DNA of 64,000 nucleotides from Candidatus Shapirobacteria bacterium (GCA_020059745.1 JAGVBK010000003.1:1123-65122), one strand, 5' to 3'; numbered from the stretch's first letter, positions 9,831 through 20,039 are shown. The notes: a model not told the origin generated them from the letters alone. A program made the numbers and translations.

Positions 9831-11120
9831 TTAACTTTTTAAAGCCTGAGAATGCTTTTCTTTATAGTATTTTTGGGCAAAACGGTGGGATTCGTCTCGA
9901 ATTGCCTGGAGAAGCTGAAGCTCGGGATGCCTTCTTGAAAGACGAAGCGATTTCCAGGAAACGACCTTTCCGTTTAAAAATTTTGGAACAATTACAATTT
10001 CTTCCTTTTTAGCAATTCCCAATAGGGCAATTTGGTCCTCGAGATCTTTTTCTTTAATTGCTTCAAATGCGGCAGAAATCTGGGTTTTTCCTCCGTCTAC
10101 AAGAATAAGCTGGGGGTAGATCCATTCAGGGTGGTTAAGCCGGCGTCTGACTACCTGTTTTATTCCCTCCGGATCATTTTGACCAGAAAGGTTGTATTTT
10201 AAGTTAAATTTTCGGTAAAGAGATTTGTCGGGTTCTCCTTCGATAAAGGTTACCATGCTGCCGACAATAATGTCCCTACCTAGGTTTGAAACATCATAAC
10301 CCTCAATTTTCTTTAGGGTAATGGGGTCAGTTCCCTGGTATTTAGTTAAAAGTTTTCTTAATTCCAAAAAAACCTTTCCCATTTCTCTTTTTTCTTTAGG
10401 GATTCTCCACCCTTCTTTTAATCTTTTCAATGAATCAACTTTGTTTTTTAAACCCTGGGCTTCTTCAAATTTAAGATTGCGGCTTTCTTTTTTCATTTCC
10501 TTCTCCAACGATTTAATGATTTTATCAAGCATATTTGTTTTGCCGGAAAGAACTTTTCTTAGGGCTTTGATTGTTTCTTTGTATTCTCCTTCATTTTTCC
10601 CAATACAAACTCCAGGGCATAAGCCAAGTTGGTAGTAAAGGCAGGGAGCTTTATGTAAGTTCTTGCAGGAACGATATGGGAAAATCGGCCTTAAGGTTTT
10701 AAGGATTCTTCTGGCGTCTGAAGAAGAAGGGAAAGGTCCGAACCAGTCAAGCATGTTTTGGGAGTTAAGCTCTGTCCATCGGGCCAGGTAAACCCGGTTG
10801 GGAAAATCTTTGCCAATAACAATATAGAGGTAACTTTTGCTGTCTTTTTGGACAGTGTTAAACTTAGGCTTGTGCTGCTTTATCAGTCTTGCCTCAAGGA
10901 GAAGGGCTTCAAATTCCGAGTTGACTGCAAAATATTGTAAATCAGCAATATTGGAGACAAGCTCTTTAGTTTTTGGGTCCTTGCTGCTTTTTTGAAAATA
11001 ACTGGATACACGGTTCTTTAAGACTAGGGCTTTACCGATATAAATGATTTTACCTTTGTCGTTCTTAAGAATATAAACACCGGGTTTCTTAGGAAGTGAT
11101 TTTAGTTTCTCTTTTAGCAT
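9831..11120 (-). CDS. uvrC: Excinuclease ABC subunit C (short form lacking the C-terminal HhH domain)
   Basis: N-terminal GIY-YIG nuclease motif (GVYILKNDKGKIIYIGKALVLKNRVSSYF), a UvrB-interacting region, and an RNase H-like endonuclease region ending ...IRDESHRFAQKYY. At 429 aa it is ~170 aa shorter than typical UvrC. Confidence 0.8.
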   Translation of the reverse strand: MLKEKLKSLPKKPGVYILKNDKGKIIYIGKALVLKNRVSSYFQKSSKDPKTKELVSNIADLQYFAVNSEFEALLLEARLIKQHKPKFNTVQKDSKSYLYIVIGKDFPNRVYLARWTELNSQNMLDWFGPFPSSSDARRILKTLRPIFPYRSCKNLHKAPCLYYQLGLCPGVCIGKNEGEYKETIKALRKVLSGKTNMLDKIIKSLEKEMKKESRNLKFEEAQGLKNKVDSLKRLKEGWRIPKEKREMGKVFLELRKLLTKYQGTDPITLKKIEGYDVSNLGRDIIVGSMVTFIEGEPDKSLYRKFNLKYNLSGQNDPEGIKQVVRRRLNHPEWIYPQLILVDGGKTQISAAFEAIKEKDLEDQIALLGIAKKEEIVIVPKFLNGKVVSWKSLRLSRRHPELQLLQAIRDESHRFAQKYYKEKHSQALKS

Positions 11121-11152
11121 TTAAAAATTGTTTTAAAACTTAAAATTTAAAA

Positions 11153-13831
11153 TTAGATAATTTTGTTCTTAAGGTATTTCCCTGTCCACGAGTTTGGATT
11201 GGCGGTAATTTCTGCTGGTTTACCCTGGGCAATAATTTCTCCGCCTCTTTCTCCGCCTTCTGGACCAAGGTCAATAACCCAATCTGCGTTTTTAATCATG
11301 TCTAAATTGTGCTCAATGACAATAACCGTGTTTCCTCTTCCCACAAGCTCCCTTATTACCTGAAGAAGTTTATCAACATCAGCAAAATGAAGCCCGGTAG
11401 TCGGCTCGTCAAGCAAGTAGGCAGCGTGGTTTCTTGACGGCTTAACCAGTTCCCTTGCCAGTTTCAATCTTTGTGATTCTCCGCCCGAAAGCGTGGGAGA
11501 AGGCTGACCAAGCTCAAGGTAGTCAAGACCGATTTTTTGAAGAACTTTAAGCTTGTTAACAATTTTTGGGAAAGAAGCGAAAAATTCTAAAGCCTCGCCA
11601 ATGGTTAATTCTAAAACCTCATGGATATTTTTTTCTTTATATTGAACTTCTAAAATTTCTTCTTTAAACCTGGTGCCGTGGCATTCTTCGCACTCAACCC
11701 AGACATCAGGTAAAAACTGCATTTCCACTTTGTTAAATCCCTGGCCCTGACAGGCTTCGCAACGGCCGCCGTTAACATTAAAAGAAAAGTGGCTGGAGGT
11801 AAAGCCTCGCAGTCTGGCTTCCTCTGTTTGGGTAAAAAGCTCCCTGATATCAGTGAAAACGCCGGTGTAAGTGGCAGGGTTGCTTCTTGAAGTCCGGCCA
11901 ACCGGGGACTGGTCAACCAAAAGTACCTGGTCAAGCTGCTGTACCCCGTTTATGCTCTCAAATTTTCCCGGCTCAGTTTTTGAATAAATATCAAGAGATT
12001 TGGCCAAAGCGGGGTAAAGGGTGTCGTGAATCAAAGTTGATTTTCCAGAGCCGGAAACGCCGGTAATGCAAACATATTTTTTCAAAGGAAACTTAACATC
12101 AATGTTTTTAAGGTTATGCTCACTGCAGCCAAAAAGAGAAATGAAATAGCCGTTTGGTTTGGGCAAAAGCTCGGGGTTAACTTCGGGGCTTGTTACCTTT
12201 TTCCTGCCGCTTAAATAAAGGCCGGTTAAAGAGTTTTTATCTTTCATGATTTGTTCTGGGGTTCCTTCGGCAATTATCTGGCCACCTTTTTTGCCCGCTT
12301 CTGGGCCAAAGTCAATGATCCAGTCTGCGGCTAAAAGCACTTCTTCGTCATGTTCTACTACTACCACGGTGTTACCAAGATCCTTGAGTTTTTTTAATGT
12401 TTCAATCAATCTTTGGGTATCTCTTTGGTGAAGCCCGACAGTCGGTTCGTCTAAAACATAAAGCACTCCGGTTAAACCGGTCCCGATTTGGCTTGCCAAC
12501 CTGATTCTTTGTGCTTCGCCAACAGAAAGAGTAGAGGCGGTTCTTCCTAAAGTAAGATAGTCAACGCCAACGGCGATAAGAAAATTTAATCTGCTGGTGA
12601 TTTCGCGGAGTAAAGGATCGGCAACTTCTTTTTCTTTTTCAGTTGATAAAGTTGGGACTAAGTTTTCAAGCCATTTTAGCAAGGACTCCAAAGAAAGGGC
12701 AGAAATATCGGCAATTGATTTTTGATTAATCGTTACCGACAAAGCCTCTTCTTTTAGCCTGTCTCCATGGCAAAGGGGACAAACTTTTTTAATCATAAGT
12801 TTTTCAATTTCTTCTCTGACTGTGTCGGAGGTAGTGGTGTAATACTGCTTTTCCAGCATTTCCGCCCGCCAGCTTGAAACCTTGCTTCTGTCCACGGCAA
12901 GTTTTACCCCCAAACCATTACATTCAGGGCAAGCTCCCTGGGGAGAGTTAAAGGAAAAAAGCCGGGGCTCGATTTCCGGCAAATTAAGGTTGCAAACCGG
13001 ACAGACAAAACGCCTGGAAAAAAGAGTATCCCCCATTTCTTTTGGCTTTTCCGGAAAATTAAAGTCTTTATCTTTAACTTCAGAGAGAATAGCCAGTCCG
13101 TCTGACAAGTCTAAGGCGATTTCAATGTCGTTAAGTATTCTTGTTTTGTACTCTTCTTCTGAATACTTTCTGAAGATGTTTATCTTGTCAATTACCACCT
13201 CAATGTTATGGCGGTTGGTTTTTATAAGCAGGGGAACATCTCTGAGATAATAAATCTGGCCGTCAATTCTCACCATCTCGAAACCTTTACGCTGAAGGTT
13301 TAAAAAAAGCTGGGAAAACTCGCCTCTTTTGTCTCTTATAACCGGGGAAAGAATAAAAAACCTTGCGGTTTGTCCCCCTCCGACTTTTTTTGAAATAATG
13401 TTCATAACCTGCTCGGTAATGCTGGCGCTGGTTTGGTGGCTTATCTCTCGGCCGCACTTAGGGCAATGGGGATGGCCGATTCTCGCATAAAGCACCCTAA
13501 GATAATCGTAAATTTCAGTTACCGTGCCGACGGTTGAACGGGGATTGTGGGAAAGGCCGTGCTGGTCAATGGCAATGGCTGGAGAAAGTCCTTCAACACT
13601 GTCAATTTCCGGCCTCTTCATCATGCCCAAAAACTGGCGGGCATAGGAGGAAAGGCTTTCTACATACCGGCGCTGGCCTTCGGCATATAAAGTATCCATG
13701 GCTAATGAAGATTTTCCTGAGCCGGAAACGCCCGACAAAACCACCAGTTTATTTTTGGGGATTTTGACAGTAATATCAGCAAGGTTATGCTCCCTTGCTC
13801 CTTTGATAATGATATGGTCTTTATCTTCCAT
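11153..13831 (-). CDS. uvrA: Excinuclease ABC subunit A
   Basis: 892 aa. Has two ABC ATPase modules (GVSGSGKSS Walker A twice, LSGGE signature twice), zinc-finger CxxC pairs, and the characteristic UvrA N-terminus (IKGAREHNLADITVKIP). Confidence 0.97.
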   Translation of the reverse strand: MEDKDHIIIKGAREHNLADITVKIPKNKLVVLSGVSGSGKSSLAMDTLYAEGQRRYVESLSSYARQFLGMMKRPEIDSVEGLSPAIAIDQHGLSHNPRSTVGTVTEIYDYLRVLYARIGHPHCPKCGREISHQTSASITEQVMNIISKKVGGGQTARFFILSPVIRDKRGEFSQLFLNLQRKGFEMVRIDGQIYYLRDVPLLIKTNRHNIEVVIDKINIFRKYSEEEYKTRILNDIEIALDLSDGLAILSEVKDKDFNFPEKPKEMGDTLFSRRFVCPVCNLNLPEIEPRLFSFNSPQGACPECNGLGVKLAVDRSKVSSWRAEMLEKQYYTTTSDTVREEIEKLMIKKVCPLCHGDRLKEEALSVTINQKSIADISALSLESLLKWLENLVPTLSTEKEKEVADPLLREITSRLNFLIAVGVDYLTLGRTASTLSVGEAQRIRLASQIGTGLTGVLYVLDEPTVGLHQRDTQRLIETLKKLKDLGNTVVVVEHDEEVLLAADWIIDFGPEAGKKGGQIIAEGTPEQIMKDKNSLTGLYLSGRKKVTSPEVNPELLPKPNGYFISLFGCSEHNLKNIDVKFPLKKYVCITGVSGSGKSTLIHDTLYPALAKSLDIYSKTEPGKFESINGVQQLDQVLLVDQSPVGRTSRSNPATYTGVFTDIRELFTQTEEARLRGFTSSHFSFNVNGGRCEACQGQGFNKVEMQFLPDVWVECEECHGTRFKEEILEVQYKEKNIHEVLELTIGEALEFFASFPKIVNKLKVLQKIGLDYLELGQPSPTLSGGESQRLKLARELVKPSRNHAAYLLDEPTTGLHFADVDKLLQVIRELVGRGNTVIVIEHNLDMIKNADWVIDLGPEGGERGGEIIAQGKPAEITANPNSWTGKYLKNKII

Positions 13832-13840
13832 AATATTTAA

Positions 13841-13927
13841 AAACCCTAAACCTCAAATCCTAAATCCTAATTTCTACTGCTTAGAGTTTTGTGTTTTGAA
13901 TTTAGAGTTTTAGGTTGATTTGGGTTT
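13841..13927. repeat. Imperfect palindromic element built from degenerate heptamers (TTTAGRG family); copy 1
   Basis: Left arm aaaccctaaacctcaaatcctaaatcctaa. Right arm cttagagttttgtgttttgaatttagagttttaggttgatttgggttt, roughly its reverse complement. It lies in the divergent region between the uvrA start and the small ORF at 14008. Confidence 0.6.
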
Positions 13928-14007
13928 CCTTTGGGACTTTTAATTATATCACTTTTAAGGCCGGTTTGGGTATTGTAAAAAGGGTTTTTTTATACTATCT
14001 TAAAACC

Positions 14008-14295
14008 ATGTTAACAAAGGATGATTTAAAAGAAATAAGGGGTGTAGTTAACGAAGAAGTAAGGGCAGAAATTGACCCTTTAAAGAAAGATGTTTCAGGT
14101 TTAAAATCTGATGTTTCAGGACTAAAGGCTAAAACAGCAACGATAGAAAAAGGAATGAAGACTTTGCAATCTGATGTTACAAGTATAAGAAAAGATGTAA
14201 AATCAATTGTATCGTTTTTTGACAGTGAATATTTGGAGTTGCGGAAAAGGGTAGAAAAGATAGAGCTTCATCTGGGTGTGAATTTTTCTTCATAG
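14008..14295 (+). CDS. Hypothetical small coiled-coil protein
   Basis: The track ORF starts at 13915. The likely start is the ATG at 14008 (MLTKDDLKEIRGVVNEE...), ~11 nt downstream of a TATACT -10-like box. It has heptad-like repeats (KKDVSGLKSDVSGLKAKTATIEKGMKTLQSDVTSIRKDVKS). Confidence 0.4.
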   Translation: MLTKDDLKEIRGVVNEEVRAEIDPLKKDVSGLKSDVSGLKAKTATIEKGMKTLQSDVTSIRKDVKSIVSFFDSEYLELRKRVEKIELHLGVNFSS

Positions 14296-14357
14296 TTTCT
14301 TGTCTTTTGCTCACTGCTTTGCTCGCTATTTGAGGCTAAAGGTGGTAAAATTCAGGC

Positions 14358-16343
14358 ATGGATTTTGAACTTGAATCAAGTTTTCAACCCACCGGAGACC
14401 AGCCTCAGGCAATTGAAAAATTAACTGAAGGAATTAAAAAAGACTATCCTTTTCAGGTTTTGCTTGGGGTAACTGGTTCTGGTAAAACTTTTTCCATTGC
14501 CAATGTCATTAAAAACACCAAAAAGCCGACTTTGGTGATTTCCCATAATAAAACCTTGGCTGCCCAGCTCTATCAGGAATTTAAAGAATTTTTCCCGCAA
14601 AATGCTGTTTCTTACTTTGTTTCCTACTATGATTATTACCAGCCTGAGGCTTACATTCCCCAAACAGATACCTATATCGCTAAAGATGCCGATATAAACG
14701 AAGAAATCGATAAGCTAAGGCTTCTTTCCACCAGCCATATATTTTCCCGGAAAGATGTTATTGTGGTAGCTTCAGTTTCCTGTATTTATAATATTGGCTC
14801 GCCTGACCAATACCGGAACCGAATTTTACATATTGCTCCGGGCCAGAAAATAAAAAGGGAAGATTTCATGTATTCCCTGGTTTCCCTTTATTATCAAAGG
14901 TCCAGGCTTGAATTTAGCCGTGGTTTTTTCAGAATCAGAGGTGAAGTTGTAGAAATTTATCCTTCCTATGCGGACGAGATTATTAAGGTTGAATGGAAAG
15001 ATGATGAAATTATCTCTGTCACCGTCAGGCCGGTTATTGAGGGTGAGGAAAAAGTTTTGGAAAACTATTTCCTTTATCCGGCAAAGCACTTTTTGGCGGA
15101 CAAAAAGATTATGGATGAAGCCTTTAAGCAAATTAAAGCAGATTTAAAAATTAGACTTAGCCAGCTTAAAAAAGAAGGCAAAGACCTCGAGGCAAACCGT
15201 TTAAACCAGAGAGTTAACTATGACATGGAGATGATAAAGGAAGTCGGTTATGTCAACGGTATTGAGAACTATTCTCGCTATTTTGACGGCAGGCTGCCGG
15301 GAGAGCCGCCTTTTTCTCTTCTTGACTATTTTAAATATCAGTATAAAGATGATTTTTTGGTGGTTATAGATGAGTCGCACATGACTGTGCCGCAAATAAG
15401 AGGAATGTATTACGGTGATGCCTCAAGGAAAAAAACTTTGGTGGATTTCGGTTTCAGGCTGCCTTCTGCTTTAGACAACCGGCCGCTTAACTTTCAGGAA
15501 TTTTTAAAAAGGGTGCCGCAAGCGATTTTTGTTTCCGCTACTCCCGATAGTTGGGAAATTGAAAAATCAGAAAAAAGAGTTACAGAGCAATTAATTAGGC
15601 CAACCGGGTTAGTGGATCCGGTGGTTGAAGTAAGGCCGATTCAGGGGCAGGTAAAAGACTTGGTTAAAGAAATCCTTGAAAGAAAGAAAAAAGGAGAAAG
15701 AGTTTTAGTTACCACCTTAACCAAAAGAATGGCTGAAGACTTAAGCACTTACCTTGCAGACCCTGCCAATACCGGAGAAAGGATTTTAGTCCACTACCTT
15801 CATGCCGATATTGACACTTTGGAAAGAACCGATATTTTGGCCGATTTAAGAAGAGGTACTTATGATGTAATTGTGGGAATTAACCTCTTAAGAGAAGGTT
15901 TGGATTTGCCGGAAGTATCTTTGGTGGCAATACTTGATGCCGATAAAGAAGGTTTTTTGCGTTCCCGCGTTTCTTTAATTCAGACCATGGGAAGGGCAGC
16001 GAGAAATTCGGCAGGCAAAGTAATTCTCTATGCCGATTATCAGACAGAAGCAATGAAACAGGCTTTAGCCGAGGTTAAAAGAAGAAGAAAAATTCAGGAA
16101 GAGTACAATAAAAAACACGGCATTGTTCCCCAAACAATAAACAAACCAATAAGGGAAGCTTTGGTAATTGAAGAAGAAGAGGAAGAACTTTCAGAAGACG
16201 GCATGACCCCGGCTGATGCCAAAAAACTGGTGGCAAAGCTAGGCAGACAAATGAGGGAGTATGCCAAACTCATGGAATTTGAAAGGGCAGCGCAGCTTAG
16301 GGATAAAATAGAGGAAGTTAAAAAGAAATTTGATTTAAGCTAA
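14358..16343 (+). CDS. uvrB: Excinuclease ABC subunit B
   Basis: 661 aa. Has the UvrB N-terminus (FQPTGDQPQAIEKLTEGI...GVTGSGKTF), helicase motifs, a beta-hairpin region (YYDYYQPEAY) and a C-terminal UvrC-interaction coiled coil. Confidence 0.97.
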   Translation: MDFELESSFQPTGDQPQAIEKLTEGIKKDYPFQVLLGVTGSGKTFSIANVIKNTKKPTLVISHNKTLAAQLYQEFKEFFPQNAVSYFVSYYDYYQPEAYIPQTDTYIAKDADINEEIDKLRLLSTSHIFSRKDVIVVASVSCIYNIGSPDQYRNRILHIAPGQKIKREDFMYSLVSLYYQRSRLEFSRGFFRIRGEVVEIYPSYADEIIKVEWKDDEIISVTVRPVIEGEEKVLENYFLYPAKHFLADKKIMDEAFKQIKADLKIRLSQLKKEGKDLEANRLNQRVNYDMEMIKEVGYVNGIENYSRYFDGRLPGEPPFSLLDYFKYQYKDDFLVVIDESHMTVPQIRGMYYGDASRKKTLVDFGFRLPSALDNRPLNFQEFLKRVPQAIFVSATPDSWEIEKSEKRVTEQLIRPTGLVDPVVEVRPIQGQVKDLVKEILERKKKGERVLVTTLTKRMAEDLSTYLADPANTGERILVHYLHADIDTLERTDILADLRRGTYDVIVGINLLREGLDLPEVSLVAILDADKEGFLRSRVSLIQTMGRAARNSAGKVILYADYQTEAMKQALAEVKRRRKIQEEYNKKHGIVPQTINKPIREALVIEEEEEELSEDGMTPADAKKLVAKLGRQMREYAKLMEFERAAQLRDKIEEVKKKFDLS

Positions 16344-16597
16344 TGGGAAAAATTTTTGAAAGAATTTACGAAGAAGTAAAAAAAATCCCCAAAGGAGAGA
16401 CAAGAAGTTATGGCGAAATTGCCAGAAAAGCAGGTACTACTCCTCGCGTGGTTGGTTTTGCCTTACACGCTAACCCTGATCCCAAAAATATTCCTTGCCA
16501 CAGGGTAATTTTCAAAGACGGTAGGCTTTCTCCAGGTTATGTTTTTGGAGGAGAAGGAGTGCAAAGAAAAAAACTGGAAGAAGAAGGCGCTATTTAA
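16343..16597 (+). CDS. Methylated-DNA-protein-cysteine methyltransferase (MGMT/Ogt) DNA-binding/active-site domain protein, stand-alone
   Basis: 84 aa with an HTH region (YGEIARKAGTTPRVVGFAL) and active-site motif PCHRV. Its start codon overlaps the uvrB stop (TAATG). Confidence 0.7.
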   Translation: MGKIFERIYEEVKKIPKGETRSYGEIARKAGTTPRVVGFALHANPDPKNIPCHRVIFKDGRLSPGYVFGGEGVQRKKLEEEGAI

Positions 16598-17987
16598 CCA
16601 ATACCAATATTCTTTCCCCTTCTTTTTTAATAACTTGATAATCCTTTGGACTGATGTTTTCTCTGTCCAAGAGCCATTGTTTGGTCAAAAGCAAAAATGG
16701 CCTGTCTGATTTTTCAAAAGCTTGAGCTGAGGTTTTAATTGTTGTATCGGTTGAATGGGGCAGGCTGTAAACTTTTTTTCCTGAATAGAAAACTGCAGCC
16801 GGCCAATAATCATCTTCAAGGTAAATGGTTCCTTCGTATTCCCCTGCTTTTCTGGAAAGGCTGACTTCATCACTGAAAGACTGAGATTTAACCAAATCAT
16901 GAAAAAGACCTTTGACGATTCTTCCCGAATTCCAAACACAAAAGGCAAGCATTAAAAAAACCGCAAGTCTTTTATCAAATTTCGCTCCGATTTTATAAAT
17001 AAAAGCAGGAATAAAAAGAGAAAGTGTGGGATAAAGAATAATTAGGTGCCAAAGCTCAGCCTTAGGCGAGGTGGCAAAGACAAGGAAATACACGAAAAAC
17101 CATAGCCAGAGAAGTTGAAAAGATTTTTGTTTGATGAATAAAAGCGATCCCAATAAAGAGACTAAAAAGGGTTTATACCAAAGTAAAACTCCCATATGAA
17201 GCTCCCAAAGCGTGTTTTTAAGATAAAACCCCTTGCTTGAAGTTAAATTTCCCAAAGATTTCATACCCGGAAGTCTTAAGCCAATGACAAAAATATTGCG
17301 GTTAATAAATAAAAGTCCATAAGCCAGGTAATTAACAACATACCAAGGAAGAAAAATAGCAAAAAACGGAACAAAGAAAAAGAAAATATCTTTTATTTCC
17401 TTTTTTGGGCAGCCGAAATAAAGAAAAAAAAGAACCGGAATCAAGCCAACTCCGATAACTGTTTTGGTAAGCAAAGCCAGGGCAAAAGCCGTACCTGCTC
17501 CTATTAAAAAAAGCCGGCTCTCTTTTGCTTTAAGCATAAAAAAGAGGGCAAGAAGCATGTTAAAGGTAAGAACAATATCCAAATTACCTTCTCTTGCCCT
17601 TAACCAAAACCAGGGAAAGACACTAAGGGAAAGCCCGGCAGCAAAACCTACAGCTCGGTTAAAGAGTTTTTTGCCAATTAGGTAAGAAAGAAGTACAGAA
17701 CCAATACCTGCCAGTGCCGAAGGCAGTCGGGCTGACATCTCACTGACTCCAAAGAGTTTAAAAGAAAGCGAGGTAAGCCAAAAACCTAAAGGTGGGTGGT
17801 CAAAATAGGGAAGACCGTTCCATTTAAGCAAAAACCACTGATTGTCTTTAACAATATTGCGGGAAATTTCTGCATACCAGGCTTCGTCCCAGCTTTTTAA
17901 AGGAGTGTCTCCCAGTTTTGAGAGAAACAAAAGACCTGTTAAAACAACCAAAATTAAAGGCAGAAAAAAGAAGGCTTTGTTCTTCAC
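16590..17987 (-). CDS. GT-C fold membrane glycosyltransferase, ArnT/PMT_2 (GT39/GT83-like) family
   Basis: 465 aa and multi-pass. First extracytoplasmic loop SKLGDTPLKSWDEAWYAEISRNI carries the DE(A)xY acidic motif typical of polyprenol-phosphate-sugar-dependent GT-C enzymes. Confidence 0.65.
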   Translation of the reverse strand: MKNKAFFFLPLILVVLTGLLFLSKLGDTPLKSWDEAWYAEISRNIVKDNQWFLLKWNGLPYFDHPPLGFWLTSLSFKLFGVSEMSARLPSALAGIGSVLLSYLIGKKLFNRAVGFAAGLSLSVFPWFWLRAREGNLDIVLTFNMLLALFFMLKAKESRLFLIGAGTAFALALLTKTVIGVGLIPVLFFLYFGCPKKEIKDIFFFFVPFFAIFLPWYVVNYLAYGLLFINRNIFVIGLRLPGMKSLGNLTSSKGFYLKNTLWELHMGVLLWYKPFLVSLLGSLLFIKQKSFQLLWLWFFVYFLVFATSPKAELWHLIILYPTLSLFIPAFIYKIGAKFDKRLAVFLMLAFCVWNSGRIVKGLFHDLVKSQSFSDEVSLSRKAGEYEGTIYLEDDYWPAAVFYSGKKVYSLPHSTDTTIKTSAQAFEKSDRPFLLLTKQWLLDRENISPKDYQVIKKEGERILVLVK

Positions 17988-18060
17988 TAAATTTTATTAT
18001 AGCTCACTCTCTGGTGACAATTTGTCAAGAGCTTGAAATTTAGCTATTATGAAAATAAGT

Positions 18061-19443
18061 ATGGAAACCAAAGAACTGCCTAAAGCCCCTTCTTTTTGGA
18101 AAATAATCGGGCCTTCTTTTATCTTTCTTGGTTTATCTCTTGGTAGCGGCGAGCTTGTTTTGTGGCCGTATATGGCAGCCAATTATGGTTTGGGAATTTT
18201 ATGGGGGGCGCTTTTAGGAATTACTTTCCAGTTTATTATGAATATGGAAATTGAGCGATACGCTTTGGTGCGCGGGGAGAGTGTTTTTGTCGGTTTCTGG
18301 AAACTGGGGCGCTATTGGTCGCTTTGGTTTATTCTTTCCACTTTTATTGCCTGGGGATTACCCGGTTTTTCCGCTGCCGGCAGCCAGCTCTTAAACCAGC
18401 TTTTTGGTTTTGCCAACGAGACGCTGGTGGCGGTAATCTTGCTCTTGCTTACGGGTTTGATTTTAAGCATCGGCAAAACCCTATACCGGACCATGGAGGT
18501 TTTACAAAAATCAATTATTATTTTCGGGACGATTTTTATCTCGCTTTTGGTCTTTCTTTTAACAAAATTAACTGATTGGCAAGCAGCCGCTTTTGGTCTT
18601 ATCGGCCAGGGAGAGGGTTACCGCTTTCTTCCGGCGGGAATTTCTTTTATGAGTTTTTTGGGTGCCTTTGCTTACGCGGGAGCAGGCGGAAACCTCAACT
18701 TGGCCCAAAGCTATTATGTTAAAGAAAAAGGATACGGCATGGGAAAATACAGCCAAAAGATAAAAAGTCTTTTTGCCAAAGGCGGCAGCGATGTTAGCCT
18801 TAAGGGCACGACTTTTGAAAACAACAAAGCAAGCCGTTTTGAGTTTAAAAAATGGTGGAGGGTGATTAATTTAGAGCATTTTTTTGTTTTCTGGCTTTTG
18901 GGGTTTTTGACAATTACCCTACTTGCTGTTTTATCTTATTCACTTGTTCACGGAGAAGCAGGTGTTAAAGAGGGGATAAACTTTCTTTTTATGGAAAGCC
19001 AGATAATCGGCCAAAAAGTTACCCCTGTTTTTGGGTTTGTTTTTCTCCTTCTTGGCTTCATGATGCTTTATTCAACCCAAATCGGGGTACTCGAATCAAC
19101 TTCAAGGATAATTTCGGAAAATTTCTTTCTCCTTTCTCAGGGCAAAAGCAGCGAGCTTAAAGTGAACCTTTCCAAACTTTTTTATCTTGCTCTTTGGGGT
19201 CAGATAACTTTTGGCATCAGTGTTCTTCTTTTGGGCTTTAAAGAGCCAAGACTTCTTTTAACCTTAGCTGCAGTAATTAATGCTTTTTGCATGTTTGTTC
19301 ACCTTGGACTTACTTACTTTTTAAACAAGAAAATGCTTCCTTCAGAACTAAGACCGGCTCTTTGGAGAAAAGCAATATTGCTAATTGCTTTTATTTTCTT
19401 TGGTGTCTTCTCCTTTTTAACGCTCCGGCAAGGTTTGAGGTAA
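18061..19443 (+). CDS. Multi-pass membrane transporter, Nramp-like (tentative)
   Basis: The track start at 18049 overlaps a TATTAT -10 box. The second ATG at 18061 (METKELPKAP...) is the more likely start. It has ~11-12 TM helices, and the N-terminal GLSLGSGELVLWPYMAANYG motif is reminiscent of the Nramp/MntH first helix. Family assignment is uncertain. Confidence 0.4.
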   Translation: METKELPKAPSFWKIIGPSFIFLGLSLGSGELVLWPYMAANYGLGILWGALLGITFQFIMNMEIERYALVRGESVFVGFWKLGRYWSLWFILSTFIAWGLPGFSAAGSQLLNQLFGFANETLVAVILLLLTGLILSIGKTLYRTMEVLQKSIIIFGTIFISLLVFLLTKLTDWQAAAFGLIGQGEGYRFLPAGISFMSFLGAFAYAGAGGNLNLAQSYYVKEKGYGMGKYSQKIKSLFAKGGSDVSLKGTTFENNKASRFEFKKWWRVINLEHFFVFWLLGFLTITLLAVLSYSLVHGEAGVKEGINFLFMESQIIGQKVTPVFGFVFLLLGFMMLYSTQIGVLESTSRIISENFFLLSQGKSSELKVNLSKLFYLALWGQITFGISVLLLGFKEPRLLLTLAAVINAFCMFVHLGLTYFLNKKMLPSELRPALWRKAILLIAFIFFGVFSFLTLRQGLR

Positions 19444-19479
19444 GCTGGTATAATATTTATAGCTAAAAGCTAATTTAGT

Positions 19480-19920
19480 ATGGCCAGGAAAAGCAGTAAT
19501 TTTGATAAATTCAAAAGCTCGGTTTTGACAATTGTTTCCGGTGTTGCTTTTGTCTTTATTCTTTGGATGCTTTTATACGGTAAAATCAAAGCTACCGGGC
19601 TTCTCTCTCCAATTATAGGCAGGTTGCCTAAAAACGAGGAAGCCTTGGTGGATACAACCGAAGATATTTTAGGGACTGCGGTGCAAAAGGCCAAAGACGG
19701 TGGAGTAAAGCGGACAGTGGAAAGAGGAAGCGAAGTTTTTGAAGAATCAAAATACGCTGAGCCTGCCAGAGACTTAAGAGACGATGTAAGGGAAAAAATT
19801 GACGGTGCGGTTGAATCAGCCAAAGAATTGCCTGCCAAAGAGCTGAAGCTTGTTCAGAAGGAAATTTGCACACAATGGTTTGGGGACGAAATATTTATTG
19901 CCACTGATAGCGGCGAATGA
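19480..19920 (+). CDS. Hypothetical membrane-anchored protein
   Basis: 146 aa with an N-terminal TM helix (VLTIVSGVAFVFILWMLLYG) and a charged soluble domain. No family was recognised. Confidence 0.4.
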   Translation: MARKSSNFDKFKSSVLTIVSGVAFVFILWMLLYGKIKATGLLSPIIGRLPKNEEALVDTTEDILGTAVQKAKDGGVKRTVERGSEVFEESKYAEPARDLRDDVREKIDGAVESAKELPAKELKLVQKEICTQWFGDEIFIATDSGE

Positions 19921-20034
19921 AACCCTAAGTTCTAAATCCAAATCCTAAATAATTTTCAAAACCCAAAATTTATATTTAAAAATTTGAATTTGCTTAGAGT
20001 TTAGAATTTAGTGTTTAGGATTTCCCCAAAGGGG
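19921..20034. repeat. Imperfect palindromic heptamer-repeat element; copy 2, plus CCCCAAAGGGG mini-hairpin
   Basis: Left arm aaccctaagttctaaatccaaatcctaaat, then a 43-nt AT-rich spacer, then right arm cttagag TTTAGAA TTTAGTG TTTAGGA, then CCCCAAAGGGG. It sits immediately upstream of prfB. Confidence 0.6.
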
Positions 20035-20039
20035 ATTTT

